Source: Candidatus Thorarchaeota archaeon (GTDB lineage Archaea > Asgardarchaeota > Thorarchaeia > Thorarchaeales > Thorarchaeaceae). Taken from it: a stretch of 64,000 nt of DNA. Below are positions 37,426 to 47,607 of this stretch, in pieces (position 1 is the stretch's first letter; each line of letters begins with the position of its first letter). The notes beneath the pieces were generated by a model. That model saw only the letters and a list, made by a program, of their open reading frames with translations. It was not told the origin of the DNA and did no database searches. Made by a program: the position numbers and the translations under genes. The stretch lies in contig JBHLRZ010000002.1 of NCBI GenBank assembly GCA_048882045.1, positions 64,001 through 128,000 of the forward strand. Direction: 5' to 3'.

Positions 37426-38100
37426 ATGACTAGTGAGAACCGTCTCTACGGAACAGCAGGTGTGGATGAGGCTGGTCGAGGTCCAATGATTGGACCACTG
37501 GTCATTTGTGGAATATTAATAGATCCGGAAAAGATTCCTGAGCTAGAAAAAATAGGTGCAAGAGATTCAAAGACACTATCACCATCTCGACGTCTGACTC
37601 TGAACAAGAAGATTAGAAGCATTACCAGAAGAGTTCAGATCAGAGCCGTATCAGCAGCTGCCATCGATCAACTGAGAAAGCGGACAACGTTGAACGAGAT
37701 TGAAGTTACAGAGTTTGTTTCTGTAATCAAGTCTTTGAAACCACAGAAAGTATATCTCGACGCTGCAGATGTGAACGCAAAGCGTTTTGGAAACAAGATT
37801 GGTGATTTGAGTGGCATAACAGCCTTGGGTGCAGTAATCGTTTCAGAACACAAAGCTGACTCAAAGTTTCCTATTGTTTCAGCTGCATCTATCCTAGCAA
37901 AGGTTGAGCGTGACCGTATTATCGAAGAGCTGCATATGAAGTATGGAGATTTCGGTTCTGGATACCCCTCTGACCCAAAGACAATCAGCTTCGTAAGAAA
38001 CCTGTTCGAGAAGGGTCTTGTATTGCCACCAATTATACGACAGAGCTGGGATTCGGTTAGGAAAATTCGCGAGTCGGTAGAACAGTCGACACTTGACTAG
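37426..38100 (+). CDS. rnhB: Ribonuclease HII
   Basis: GVDEAGRGP, DSK, HKAD, AASILAK, GSGYPSDP. Confidence 0.98.
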   Translation: MTSENRLYGTAGVDEAGRGPMIGPLVICGILIDPEKIPELEKIGARDSKTLSPSRRLTLNKKIRSITRRVQIRAVSAAAIDQLRKRTTLNEIEVTEFVSVIKSLKPQKVYLDAADVNAKRFGNKIGDLSGITALGAVIVSEHKADSKFPIVSAASILAKVERDRIIEELHMKYGDFGSGYPSDPKTISFVRNLFEKGLVLPPIIRQSWDSVRKIRESVEQSTLD

Positions 38101-38106
38101 TCTTAG

Positions 38107-39081
38107 CTACTGATTCGACCGCTCCTCAATTATCTTCTTGAGCTCACGAGGTTTATCAATGTGGTCTAGCTCAAGCTGGCGAATTACAGGAAGATCTGAT
38201 ACACACTCTTCAGCCTGCCCCTCTTCAACAATGAGGACAGCATTTGATTCCGTTACCTTTGAAACGCTTTTCAGAATTTCAACACGTTTCTTCAGAGACT
38301 GACTCCTAATTGATCCAACTCCTGACATAAGTGGAAGGCCATCTTCCTTTGCTGCAATGTGAAATGGTGCTCTGTCAGTCCAGAGTACTCGCATCCCTAA
38401 TCTTTCAAAGAAATGGTTCACTCTTAGCTCCAAATCCGGAATGTCCTGTGGACTGACGGGTTGTTTCAGGGTCTTCTCATCAATACGTCCATGCAGCAAG
38501 TCTATAGGAATTATCAGATCTGTTTCGAGAACTTCTTCTAATCGCTCAGCGATGTCTGTACTTACCCCCATCTGATCGTTCTCATATGCAAGCACTGCTC
38601 TGGCTGAAACCTGAACACATTCCGCCAGTCTACCTGTGGATAAGTTCTGTTCCAGTCTTGCCTTGCGTAACTTCTCACCATCTATCGCTACAAATCGACC
38701 ACCTTTCTGACTGAACTCTCTGGGCATCTGCTCTTCCGCAATCATGCTTTGAAAACTGGGTGGTGCGATAGTAGATACTCCATACCGTTTATACACAACT
38801 CCAGGGTCAAGCTCCCCTTTTCTGGTCTTTTCTCCAACTACCAAGGGTGTTGCATTGAAGAAATGTGCAACGAGTTGCAACGCCATCGCATCATGGCTGG
38901 TGAGTACATCGATGTTAGCTAGTACTTTGACAAGAATCAGTTTGTTTCCCTTACGGGCAACCAGATCAAAGCAACTAGGTCTCACATCACACTGTGAAGA
39001 GAGACTGAACCCAGCATCTTCTAACTGTGAAATTACCTCATTTGTTAGCTGGGTACGTGCTTTTGTCAACTTAGACTCCAT
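38107..39081 (-). CDS. Archaeal Cro/C1-type HTH regulator (COG1395-like)
   Basis: SCFDLVAR...KVLANID, central HTH 'LRKARLEQNLSTGRLA'. Confidence 0.85.
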   Translation of the reverse strand: MESKLTKARTQLTNEVISQLEDAGFSLSSQCDVRPSCFDLVARKGNKLILVKVLANIDVLTSHDAMALQLVAHFFNATPLVVGEKTRKGELDPGVVYKRYGVSTIAPPSFQSMIAEEQMPREFSQKGGRFVAIDGEKLRKARLEQNLSTGRLAECVQVSARAVLAYENDQMGVSTDIAERLEEVLETDLIIPIDLLHGRIDEKTLKQPVSPQDIPDLELRVNHFFERLGMRVLWTDRAPFHIAAKEDGLPLMSGVGSIRSQSLKKRVEILKSVSKVTESNAVLIVEEGQAEECVSDLPVIRQLELDHIDKPRELKKIIEERSNQ

Positions 39082-39131
39082 GCTCTGTTCCGTGTTGAAC
39101 CTTTTTCAGCCTATCTAATGGTGAAAACAAC

Positions 39132-39596
39132 TCAATTTTCGGCAGTTCGTAACTCTTTTCCTTTGGTTGTCATGGTAATACCGATGGTTGTGGTAGACGG
39201 CAGTTTCCGTCTTAACAACTGAACCTGAGGACGTGCAAGTCGTTCTACTGGTTGCCAGCTCCCAAGCTCCTCCCAGCTTAGGTCAACATATCCTAGGACT
39301 CTATGAATCGTGAACAGCTCTACCTTGCTTCCTGCAACTGTATAGATTCCTTCCCCGTAATCCAATCTACGTAGAAGAACGATAGGAAGGAGAATATCAT
39401 CGTGGAAATTTGGAGGCACCTCTGTCGCTAATTTCACAAGCTCCTCCTTCCTGAATTCGGAGAACTGCCCATCCCGAGTTTTGAATTTTGGCGATTCTAA
39501 TCCAATCAACTCAGAAAGGGGATGTTTAGCTTCAGGCAGATGATCATTGAGAGTATCGATATCTCGTTCAATCATTTTCTCAATAAAGGGACTCAC
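39132..39596 (-). CDS. DUF61/UPF0216 protein
   Basis: LNDHLP, RDG, LPIVL, QLLRRKLPSTT. Confidence 0.8.
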   Translation of the reverse strand: MSPFIEKMIERDIDTLNDHLPEAKHPLSELIGLESPKFKTRDGQFSEFRKEELVKLATEVPPNFHDDILLPIVLLRRLDYGEGIYTVAGSKVELFTIHRVLGYVDLSWEELGSWQPVERLARPQVQLLRRKLPSTTTIGITMTTKGKELRTAEN

Positions 39597-40288
39597 TTTA
39601 GTTCCTCCGATACTCTACAAACAATGAACCTGTGGTCCTTCTCAAGGGGATTCAAATCCACATTTTCCACTATTTGTAATCCAAAGTTGTCCAGTGTTGC
39701 TATCTCTTTGCTATAGATCTCATCAAGACTTGATGCTGAGTCGATACTTCGAGCCTTGATTGCCAACATGCCCCATGCACCGAAAGAGCAGAAGGTCTTT
39801 AGATTCTCATAGAGAATGTTTGCTTGATCAGGCTGGGCTACATCCTGATACACCACCTCTATGGGTCCTGCAACGACAGATGCATATCTCGTGGGATGTC
39901 GCGCATCTTCGATGATTGGGAAAATATTGGTTCGATCTGCAGCCAGATGAACAAGGTTTCGAGCTGTTCTTTCAGAAAACTCGACAGCATAGATTGATCC
40001 ATTGTTGCCAACAATGTCAGAACAGTGACTCACTGTTGTTCCTGAAGCAGCTCCTAAGTAAAGAATCTTTGATCCAGGCTGAATTGGCATTTCTGAGAGA
40101 CCATTCCTCAATGCAGCAGCTAGTTTTGATCTTCTAGGCGACCAGACTCTGTATTCTTTGTTTTCGATGTTGATGAGTTTCTCCCCGTAGACACTTGATC
40201 CTGGTACAAGAGACTGAGTGCAGAATGATATACGATCATTATCCTTGATCGAAAAGACTCCCGGAAATTTCGATTGCGAAACATTCAT
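39593..40288 (-). CDS. flpA: Fibrillarin 2'-O-methyltransferase
   Basis: VYGEK, RSKLAAA, LYLGAASGTTVSH, DVAQPDQ. Confidence 0.98.
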   Translation of the reverse strand: MNVSQSKFPGVFSIKDNDRISFCTQSLVPGSSVYGEKLINIENKEYRVWSPRRSKLAAALRNGLSEMPIQPGSKILYLGAASGTTVSHCSDIVGNNGSIYAVEFSERTARNLVHLAADRTNIFPIIEDARHPTRYASVVAGPIEVVYQDVAQPDQANILYENLKTFCSFGAWGMLAIKARSIDSASSLDEIYSKEIATLDNFGLQIVENVDLNPLEKDHRFIVCRVSEELK

Positions 40289-41514
40289 TGTCCACGCCCT
40301 CCGTGTCTTCTTTTTGGTTTTCTTCCTTTTCTAATCTGTTTCTTCTTTTGAGGAGGTTTAGGTTTGGGTGGAGGTGCCTCAGGATTCTGTCGTTTAATCT
40401 CTTCAACTCTTGATAGGAACTCTTCTCTTAGTTTTTCACCTACATTTCTATCAGAATATGCATCAATCCGTGCTGCAATAGACAACTTTCCAGCCAAGGA
40501 TCTGGCGATTTTACCCCTCTGCCAGTATGGTGCAGAATTCACTTCAGCCACACGATAGATTATTCCATGTTTTGGAGGGTCCGTACCAGTCTTAAGACTC
40601 CTAAAGAGTGCCTTTTCTGCTCCAAATACCTGAACTGTACTAGATGGTTTCTGTGCCAGGTCTTTGAGAGAACCAGCCAGACTAATCAGACGCGCTCCAA
40701 TCAGAGGACCTGCTAATGCGCTCAAATTTGGTGCAACGGTTGACATCATTGAAGTGATGTATTCTTCAAGTTCAGTCCTCGTATTATACAAATCATCCAC
40801 AGTATTTGCAAGCCGACTAATAGCCTTGAGATCTGTTTCTGAGAATTCTGCTCCAATATCCCCTGTAATCGCTTTCATTATCTGTTCTGCAACAGTAGGA
40901 GTGACTCCTGCAGCCTTAATTTGATCTTTTGTGATTGAGGATTTCCCTGTACTCGCATTTAGAATGTGGGCAAATTGTTCTTGGTCCTCTACAAGTCTAC
41001 TAAGAGAGGGATGGTGCAGGGAGTACCACTCACGCAGGCGCATCACAAGCAAGTTGATCGACTTGTCAATCTCATCAACAGCATCTATCGCATTCTTCAC
41101 AAGGACATCTCTCTCCTCACTTGCTGCGCTTATCTTGCTCTTGGCCAATCTAATTGAAACATCACGCCTGAAAGCAGAGATATCATTGGATGATGAAACG
41201 ATGCCCTCACTGATCAAATAGTTGTCTTGGCCATCTCTAAACCACCGTGGTGCAGCACCTGCTTCGACTCGTACCTTGAAGTCTTTGACCTTCGAAAGAG
41301 CCCTTGCGAACATAGGGTCTTCAACCACAACATCTTCTGCTTTTAGACTGCTCAGTGCAGATTTCAGATAGTCAGTAAGTTCTTCATTATTTACTGCCAT
41401 CAGATTTGATGCTGCAACGTCTGAATCAGGGTAAAACAGGTGTTTCGAAGTAACTTCCCCTTGTTCATTAACAATAAAGACTCCGAAAGCTGTTAGTGTG
41501 AGATAAGTTGGCAC
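40285..41514 (-). CDS. nop5: Nop5 (Nop56/58) box C/D RNP protein
   Basis: RLREWY, APNLSALAG, QVFGAEKALF, PPKHGII, RGKIAR. Confidence 0.97.
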   Translation of the reverse strand: MPTYLTLTAFGVFIVNEQGEVTSKHLFYPDSDVAASNLMAVNNEELTDYLKSALSSLKAEDVVVEDPMFARALSKVKDFKVRVEAGAAPRWFRDGQDNYLISEGIVSSSNDISAFRRDVSIRLAKSKISAASEERDVLVKNAIDAVDEIDKSINLLVMRLREWYSLHHPSLSRLVEDQEQFAHILNASTGKSSITKDQIKAAGVTPTVAEQIMKAITGDIGAEFSETDLKAISRLANTVDDLYNTRTELEEYITSMMSTVAPNLSALAGPLIGARLISLAGSLKDLAQKPSSTVQVFGAEKALFRSLKTGTDPPKHGIIYRVAEVNSAPYWQRGKIARSLAGKLSIAARIDAYSDRNVGEKLREEFLSRVEEIKRQNPEAPPPKPKPPQKKKQIRKGRKPKRRHGGRGQ

Positions 41515-41621
41515 TACAAAACCTTCCTAGTGAGTTCTGGCTGCAAGGTCAGTTGATTTGCGGATAAGTGTGTCCATTGTGCTTATTACCGACTGGTAGT
41601 AAGGTCGGAGGAGGTGAACAC

Positions 41622-42497
41622 TTGAAGATACAGGGGTACTGGCTTGCGTCAGGTATCTTGGGAGTCACAGCATCAACAATGAATCGTGTGCTTGAATCAG
41701 GTGCGGATGCTGTTGTTACAAAGTCGATAGGTGCTAGTCCCAGAAAAGGACATCCAGGACCTGTCATAACATCATCGCATGGTGGTCTCCTTAATGCAGT
41801 TGGACTGACCAATCCAGGGATTGACGCTTTTAGTGACGAGATGACTATATTGAGGACGATGAAAGTACCAGTCGTGCTCAGCATCTTTGCTAATACTATA
41901 CAGGAAATCTGTGATGTAGCAAAAAAGGGGGAGTCCATGAAGCCACAAGCTATCGAGCTGAACCTTTCTTGTCCACATGCCGAGATAGGCCAGATTGCAC
42001 ACGACCCTGAGATGACCAGGAAATATGTGGAGGCCGTCAAAAATACAGTAGACTGTCCAGTCTTTGCAAAACTCACCCCAAATGCAGCTGACATCTTAGC
42101 AGTGGGTAGGGCAGCAGAAGAGGCAGGAGCAGATGCAATTGTTGCTGTAAACACTGTCCGAGCAATGAAGATTGATATCTACCAGATGCGCCCTGTGCTT
42201 GGAAACGAGGTTGGAGGGCTTTCAGGAGCGCCAATATTTCCAGTAGCTGTCAGATGTGTCTATGATTTGAGTCAGGTCCTAGACATCCCAGTGATTGGTG
42301 TCGGAGGTGTTTCGACCTGGCAGGATGCAGTAGAAATGCATCTAGCAGGTGCTAGTGCTATCCAGATTGGTACTGCATTAATTGATGGACTAGATGTCTT
42401 CTCAAGAATAAAGAATGGAGTCAAAACTTACCTGAAGGAGAAGGGACTCTCAAAAACTTCTGATATTGTGGGTGCAGCCTGGAGGTCTGAAACATGA
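41622..42497 (+). CDS. pyrD: Dihydroorotate dehydrogenase 1B catalytic subunit
   Basis: LASG, VVTKS, ELNLSCPH, KLTPN, GGLSG; TTG start after GGAGGTG. Confidence 0.96.
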   Translation: MKIQGYWLASGILGVTASTMNRVLESGADAVVTKSIGASPRKGHPGPVITSSHGGLLNAVGLTNPGIDAFSDEMTILRTMKVPVVLSIFANTIQEICDVAKKGESMKPQAIELNLSCPHAEIGQIAHDPEMTRKYVEAVKNTVDCPVFAKLTPNAADILAVGRAAEEAGADAIVAVNTVRAMKIDIYQMRPVLGNEVGGLSGAPIFPVAVRCVYDLSQVLDIPVIGVGGVSTWQDAVEMHLAGASAIQIGTALIDGLDVFSRIKNGVKTYLKEKGLSKTSDIVGAAWRSET

Positions 42498-43318
42498 ATA
42501 TTGAGAAACTGATGGGCAATCAGGTGTCCTTACAGGTTTTCAATGTACTCAAAGAAACAGAAAGATCTCGGACGATTAAAGTGAAGATATCAAACCCAGA
42601 GTTTGAAGTAGCACCTGGTCAGTTCTTTATGGTATGGATCGCTGGAGTCGACGAGATTCCAATGAGCATCTCTTTCTGGGACCGACCAAACCTGGGAATC
42701 ACAGTACTTCCAGTCGGTGAAGCCACATCAGCACTAGCATCACTCAAAGAAAGAGATTGGATTGGACTGAGAGGACCTTTTGGGTCGTCATTTGATCTGA
42801 ACTCGAAGAAAGCCCTGGTGGTAGGCGGAGGCATTGGAATGGCGCCTTTGAGACCGTTAGTCTACAATCTACTCGAGAGGAAATCCAGTGTCACACTTTT
42901 GATTGCATCTAAGACCAAACAAGAGTTAGTATTTTTTGATGAGTTCACCAGACTTTCTGATAAGAGATTCACGCTGAAGGTATCGACTGATGATGGGTCT
43001 CTAGGGTTCAAGGGATTTGCAACAGAAGCTGTTCGTGAAGAATTAAACATCCAAGACTTTGACACTGTGTATACTTGTGGCCCTGAACTAATGATGTTTG
43101 GACTCTTTGAACAGACCAAGAATCAAAAGGTTGGATTTCAAGCATCTCTCGAACGGTTCATGAAGTGTGGGTGCGGTATCTGTGGGACTTGTGCCATGGA
43201 CCCAACCGGTACACTGGTCTGTGTTGAAGGACCTGTGTATTCCAAGGAACAACTTTCTGAAATCACAGAGTTTGGTAAGTACCATCGAGATTCAATGGGA
43301 CTGAAGAAAGAGTTGTAG
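42494..43318 (+). CDS. pyrK: Dihydroorotate dehydrogenase electron-transfer subunit
   Basis: PGQF, GGGIGMAP, CGPE, MKCGCGICGTC. Confidence 0.96.
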   Translation: MNIEKLMGNQVSLQVFNVLKETERSRTIKVKISNPEFEVAPGQFFMVWIAGVDEIPMSISFWDRPNLGITVLPVGEATSALASLKERDWIGLRGPFGSSFDLNSKKALVVGGGIGMAPLRPLVYNLLERKSSVTLLIASKTKQELVFFDEFTRLSDKRFTLKVSTDDGSLGFKGFATEAVREELNIQDFDTVYTCGPELMMFGLFEQTKNQKVGFQASLERFMKCGCGICGTCAMDPTGTLVCVEGPVYSKEQLSEITEFGKYHRDSMGLKKEL

Positions 43319-43324
43319 GTTATG

Positions 43325-43461
43325 TGGTGGGGCGAGTGAGATTTGAACTCACGATCGACGAGTTTCGCCGACTGACGACGGTCATGTTGACCCGTTAGTT
43401 TTGGATGCGAAGTGCATCCAGATCTGGAGCCCGTCGCCATACCGGACTAGGCCACCGCCCC
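43325..43461 (-). tRNA. tRNA-Trp(CCA) with a 60-nt intron at 37/38 (43364-43423)
   Basis: GGGGCGG/TCGCCCC-ACCA acceptor, ACGGG-CTCCAG|A-CTCGT anticodon arm, GTGAG-TTCAAAT-CTCAC T arm. Confidence 0.95.
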
Positions 43462-43820
43462 GTGTTGAGAGTCACCACAGGTGAACGGGATAAGAACTTT
43501 TCGTCAAAAAACTGGAATCGGATAGGCGGAATATGGGCTAGGTATTTGAAAGGAGTTTGGGCTGACGCTAATAAGGAGCACTAAAGCACGGAACCAATAT
43601 CACCCATATTTGCAAAGATTTCTCATTTTCAAAAGGTCAAACTATCACTTTCACATCTTGTATCCAGATAATTCGTTTTCACTTACATAGAATCAAGTGA
43701 TTGAAAAATGAATAGACCAGAAAGCGCAGGAATACCAGAGCCGTGGTAGGTTCGATGGAATTTCAATAGGTAAATGACGTCGTCCCTCTTTGAGGACGAC
43801 ACTCAGTTATTTTTCATCAA

Positions 43821-43840
43821 TTCAAACTTGATAGTTTGAA
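43821..43840. promoter_or_regulatory. Palindrome upstream of the 662-aa gene
   Basis: TTCAAACT-TGAT-AGTTTGAA. Confidence 0.4.
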
Positions 43841-43896
43841 AGCAATTCTAAAATACACTTAGTCATGTTTCTTAGTGTGCTTCTTGGGAGTCACTG

Positions 43897-45885
43897 TTGA
43901 TGTCGAATATTGACATAGTCGTAGATACTTGGATTACTTCAGACGAGGTGAAAAAAGGCACTCTCAATGTCAAAGACGGTGAAGTAAAAGTAGTCTTAGA
44001 TTCAGGGAAAGTGATTTCTGGCAAGAATAAGCCCAACATCACATATTCATTATTGAATTACTCCGGTGGACCACTCAATAGAATATTTCTAAATCCAATT
44101 CTAGTAACCGAGTTGTCCTACTCGGCTGACATCGGACAAGTCGCAGAGGACATCTTCCCTCCATCTTCAGGAGGGTTCTATGGACGAATTCGATCGGGTA
44201 AGGAAAAGGCTGTTTTCATCATTCAGAAGATAGTCCATGACACAAGACTTTGGCTCATCATTGGAAACTCTCAAACGGGTAAGATATTCGAAACCCAGAT
44301 TATTCAGCCATATGAAGCGGAAGCACTTGGATTGACTGATGATCAAGAGATACTAGAATCGTGGGATAACGAGTTATGGTCCGACAAAAGAAACTTGTTG
44401 GAAAGAGAGATTCTCAACATTCTTGATGAACCTTCTCCCCATTGGGATATTATTTCAAAACTCTTTGTAGGAGCAGATGTTTCTGATGATCTAGTAAGGG
44501 AAAAAACTATACAAGAAACACTAACTCAACTGGTACCTGACTCCTTCCCTGAAAATGCACGTGTCCATCTAATGGCATTTCTAGCTTATGTCATGATGGA
44601 CAGAATAGAGATTGAAGATCTTCTTGATCCTTCTTCTCATCTTTATGCAGCTCCAATGTTTAGCGCACTAATCCAAGGGCACCTTAGATCCAAGGTTGAC
44701 AATATCAAATGGCCTCCCTATTTGGACCTTATTCAACAATCAGCAAGTGGACAGATTGGACAACCTAAGAGGACACTGCCAGAAACAGCAGACAGTTCCT
44801 TGAGGGTATTGTGGCAGAAGATGATTGAGTCATTTCCCAAGTGGTTTGGAACTGCAATTAGTAGTGCACAGGAATTGAATGAAGCAAACAAAGTAAGGCT
44901 TCGACTACCAATCACGAAATATCAGGCAATGAAATCAAAGCGATTGATGAAGAAACGAATAGCAGCAATGACCTATGGGTTGAGAGTTGGAGGTCACGTC
45001 AATCCAAAAACCATTGGACTGTCAGAACTTGTTTATGTTGGCGTGGCATATAGATGGCCTCACCGACATATGAGGTACATTACTCGCTTGGGAGAAGTGA
45101 GTGATAATCCACCGCATCTACAGGTTATTACCGCACCCCCTTCTGCTGTAGAGCGAATTATTAGAACACTCCCAACTTGTATCAAAATTGCGTGGTCAAA
45201 ACGTGCTGTTAATCTCACACTTTATGACATTGAATCGGATAGTTGGAACATACCCATTGAAAAGATATTGACTTCAGCTAATGAACCGTTATCACAGCGA
45301 AGAATTGTTAGACGGTTCGGTAGCGTTGTTAGCCCGAAAATTCATCAAGTGACTTCTGTTGAAACCAAAGTATTGGGGATCGCGTCTAGTTTGGTGAATC
45401 TTGAAGATTTCGAATTTCCAGGATATTTCAATTATTGGGATTTGACAAGAAAGAATGTTTCTTCAATCATCATGAAATTGCAAAAAGAAGGAGTTCTTGA
45501 CATATCCTATGAGGTTGCTGATCCACGTCTTGTATCACTGGCAACAATCATCCAAGGAAACAACGAGCAAGTCACATCAATAGTGAATGCTCTGCTAAGT
45601 TATGCACCTACCTCTGTAGCTATGTTGAACGAGCAGTTTGACACTGGGGTGGTAATGTCCAAGTTTCCTGAAGACATAGCCTATATTTTGGCTTCCAAAT
45701 TGACCCAATTAGGATTGGAGGCGAAATTAGGAATAAGATGTATGAGACCGCGGACATTCCGTAGTTACACTTCAACACTCTATCATCGTCTTCTTCAACC
45801 AGATAGTACATGGGACGACGATGTGAGTGCCTTTCTCTCACAGGCTAGATCAAAGAGAAGAGAGCTGTCAGAGAGTAATGCTTAA
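43897..45885 (+). CDS. Large hypothetical protein with a possible C-terminal wHTH/Lrp-like module
   Basis: 662-aa ORF; 'LTRKNVSSIIMKLQKEGVL' helix pattern. Confidence 0.6.
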   Translation: MMSNIDIVVDTWITSDEVKKGTLNVKDGEVKVVLDSGKVISGKNKPNITYSLLNYSGGPLNRIFLNPILVTELSYSADIGQVAEDIFPPSSGGFYGRIRSGKEKAVFIIQKIVHDTRLWLIIGNSQTGKIFETQIIQPYEAEALGLTDDQEILESWDNELWSDKRNLLEREILNILDEPSPHWDIISKLFVGADVSDDLVREKTIQETLTQLVPDSFPENARVHLMAFLAYVMMDRIEIEDLLDPSSHLYAAPMFSALIQGHLRSKVDNIKWPPYLDLIQQSASGQIGQPKRTLPETADSSLRVLWQKMIESFPKWFGTAISSAQELNEANKVRLRLPITKYQAMKSKRLMKKRIAAMTYGLRVGGHVNPKTIGLSELVYVGVAYRWPHRHMRYITRLGEVSDNPPHLQVITAPPSAVERIIRTLPTCIKIAWSKRAVNLTLYDIESDSWNIPIEKILTSANEPLSQRRIVRRFGSVVSPKIHQVTSVETKVLGIASSLVNLEDFEFPGYFNYWDLTRKNVSSIIMKLQKEGVLDISYEVADPRLVSLATIIQGNNEQVTSIVNALLSYAPTSVAMLNEQFDTGVVMSKFPEDIAYILASKLTQLGLEAKLGIRCMRPRTFRSYTSTLYHRLLQPDSTWDDDVSAFLSQARSKRRELSESNA

Positions 45886-45912
45886 AACCAAACGGGAAGA
45901 CCCAACGTCTTG

Positions 45913-46029
45913 ATGGCGGCCATAGGGAGCCGGGAAACACCTGAACTCGGCCGAACTCAGCAGTTAAGACGGCTCTCGTTCAAGGAAATGTGCGCTGCGC
46001 GAGCGCGTGACAAGCCTTGAAGCTGCCAC
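45913..46029 (+). rRNA. rrf: 5S rRNA, stand-alone
   Basis: TGGCGGCCATAG...AAACACCTG...CCGAAC.CAG.AGTTAAG...GCTGCCA; helix I closes. Confidence 0.92.
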
Positions 46030-46103
46030 ATTCTCCTTCTCTAATATCTTGTACAAAAATGTAGAGATGGAAGTCATTAAAAGAACAACGACAGAAACCG
46101 AGC

Positions 46104-47231
46104 TTGATATTGATGCAGCTAGGAGAAACAAGCGAATTAGGTGTACTGATCAACATCGGATTCTTTGCATTCATTATACTCTTCAGTCTCTATGGAGCAA
46201 AGTTCCAGATCTGGCAGTACCTGAAACAGATTGAAGCAGGACTGCACGAGTTCAAGAAGATGTTCATAGAATCTCGACAGATTGCTATTGACTCTTTCAA
46301 GGAGTATGGCAGGTCTGAAGAGGAGGTCGCAAAGGATCTAGACCGTTGGATGGACTATTTCACCATCATGCCTGTGGACCTGGATCCTGCTGGTATCCTC
46401 AAGAGACTAGACCACCTTCTAGACGAACGGAGGGACAGGTTCCAAGAGTTCGTTGCAGAGGTTGCACCTGAGTCCAGTGTAGGGATGAATCAGAATTTGG
46501 AGAACACTCTTGAAGTAACTCAGGTTCTAGGGCTCATCTATAGGGTCGTTAGGCACTTCTATCTCTTGGGTAAGAAGACTGGCAGTCAGCTCATGATAAT
46601 GCAGGTCCAAATGCAACTACCAGACTTATTGAGGCTAGCCAAGGCATACTTTGATGCTATCAGTGCTTTCGCTGATGGAAAGCCTATTGGAGATGGCATT
46701 GGCCCCCTCGTTGTTACCAAGTTTGCTAGAGAGTATGGAGCAACACCTGAGAGCTATAATCACGAGATATCTCGTGAAGTGGGGTACTACAAGGTCGAAG
46801 CCGAGGGTAGAACAGTCTACGCCATGAGGGCTACCGGTCCTGGAGGTACAGTAGGAAAGCCAGGAGCGGCGGTCAAGAAACTTGTTGACAAGTATGGCGA
46901 CAAGGTCACCCGAATTATCACAATCGATGCTGCATTGAAACTTGAGGGTGAAGAGCTCGGACGAGTATCTGAGGGGACTGGAGCGGCTATAGGTGACCTA
47001 GGTCCAGAGAAACACGCTATGGAGCAGTCTGCGACAGAGCGTGAAATTGGCATTGAAGCAATCGTCATCAAGGAAGATGAAGCTGCTGCAGTAGGTATAA
47101 TGGACAAACGCATCCTTGATTCTGTCCCTGAAGTGATAGAGCGAATCAAAGCATCAATCCTCAAACGTACAAAGCCTGGAGATAGTGTCATCCTCGCTGG
47201 GATTGGAAACACAATAGGCATTGGTCTGTGA
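46104..47231 (+). CDS. DUF1512 family protein
   Basis: PVDLDPAG, YRVVRHFY, PIGDGIGPLV, IDAALKLEGE, GIGNTIGI. Confidence 0.9.
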   Translation: MILMQLGETSELGVLINIGFFAFIILFSLYGAKFQIWQYLKQIEAGLHEFKKMFIESRQIAIDSFKEYGRSEEEVAKDLDRWMDYFTIMPVDLDPAGILKRLDHLLDERRDRFQEFVAEVAPESSVGMNQNLENTLEVTQVLGLIYRVVRHFYLLGKKTGSQLMIMQVQMQLPDLLRLAKAYFDAISAFADGKPIGDGIGPLVVTKFAREYGATPESYNHEISREVGYYKVEAEGRTVYAMRATGPGGTVGKPGAAVKKLVDKYGDKVTRIITIDAALKLEGEELGRVSEGTGAAIGDLGPEKHAMEQSATEREIGIEAIVIKEDEAAAVGIMDKRILDSVPEVIERIKASILKRTKPGDSVILAGIGNTIGIGL

Positions 47232-47241
47232 GGTGCACTAG

Positions 47242-47607
47242 ATGGGAATAGCAGGAAGAATTTTTGGACTAGCATTGGCTGCCAGTGGATTCTTTATTCT
47301 ATGGTTTGGAATGGGTTCTCCCGCAGATCCTCTCTCCTATGTCTACTCGTTTATCGGAATGATTGTCATGGCCATGGGATTTGCCTTTTTGACTTCAGGA
47401 AGCAAGAAAGACGAGAAGAAACCTCCACCACCGACTGTGACCGAGATCAGATGTAATAGCTGTGACTTCAAGGAGATTCGTGATTTTCAAAAGGGGGACT
47501 ATGTTCTAAAACCAGTTGAAACCACATGTCCGAAATGTCAGAGTCCTATGACAATTGAAGGCGTGTACATCGTACGAGAAGAGCCGGACGAAAAAGACAG
47601 AATCTAG
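47242..47607 (+). CDS. Membrane protein with a C-terminal zinc ribbon (DUF1512-associated)
   Basis: Two TM helices; CNSC...RDFQKGDYV...CPKC. Confidence 0.75.
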   Translation: MGIAGRIFGLALAASGFFILWFGMGSPADPLSYVYSFIGMIVMAMGFAFLTSGSKKDEKKPPPPTVTEIRCNSCDFKEIRDFQKGDYVLKPVETTCPKCQSPMTIEGVYIVREEPDEKDRI

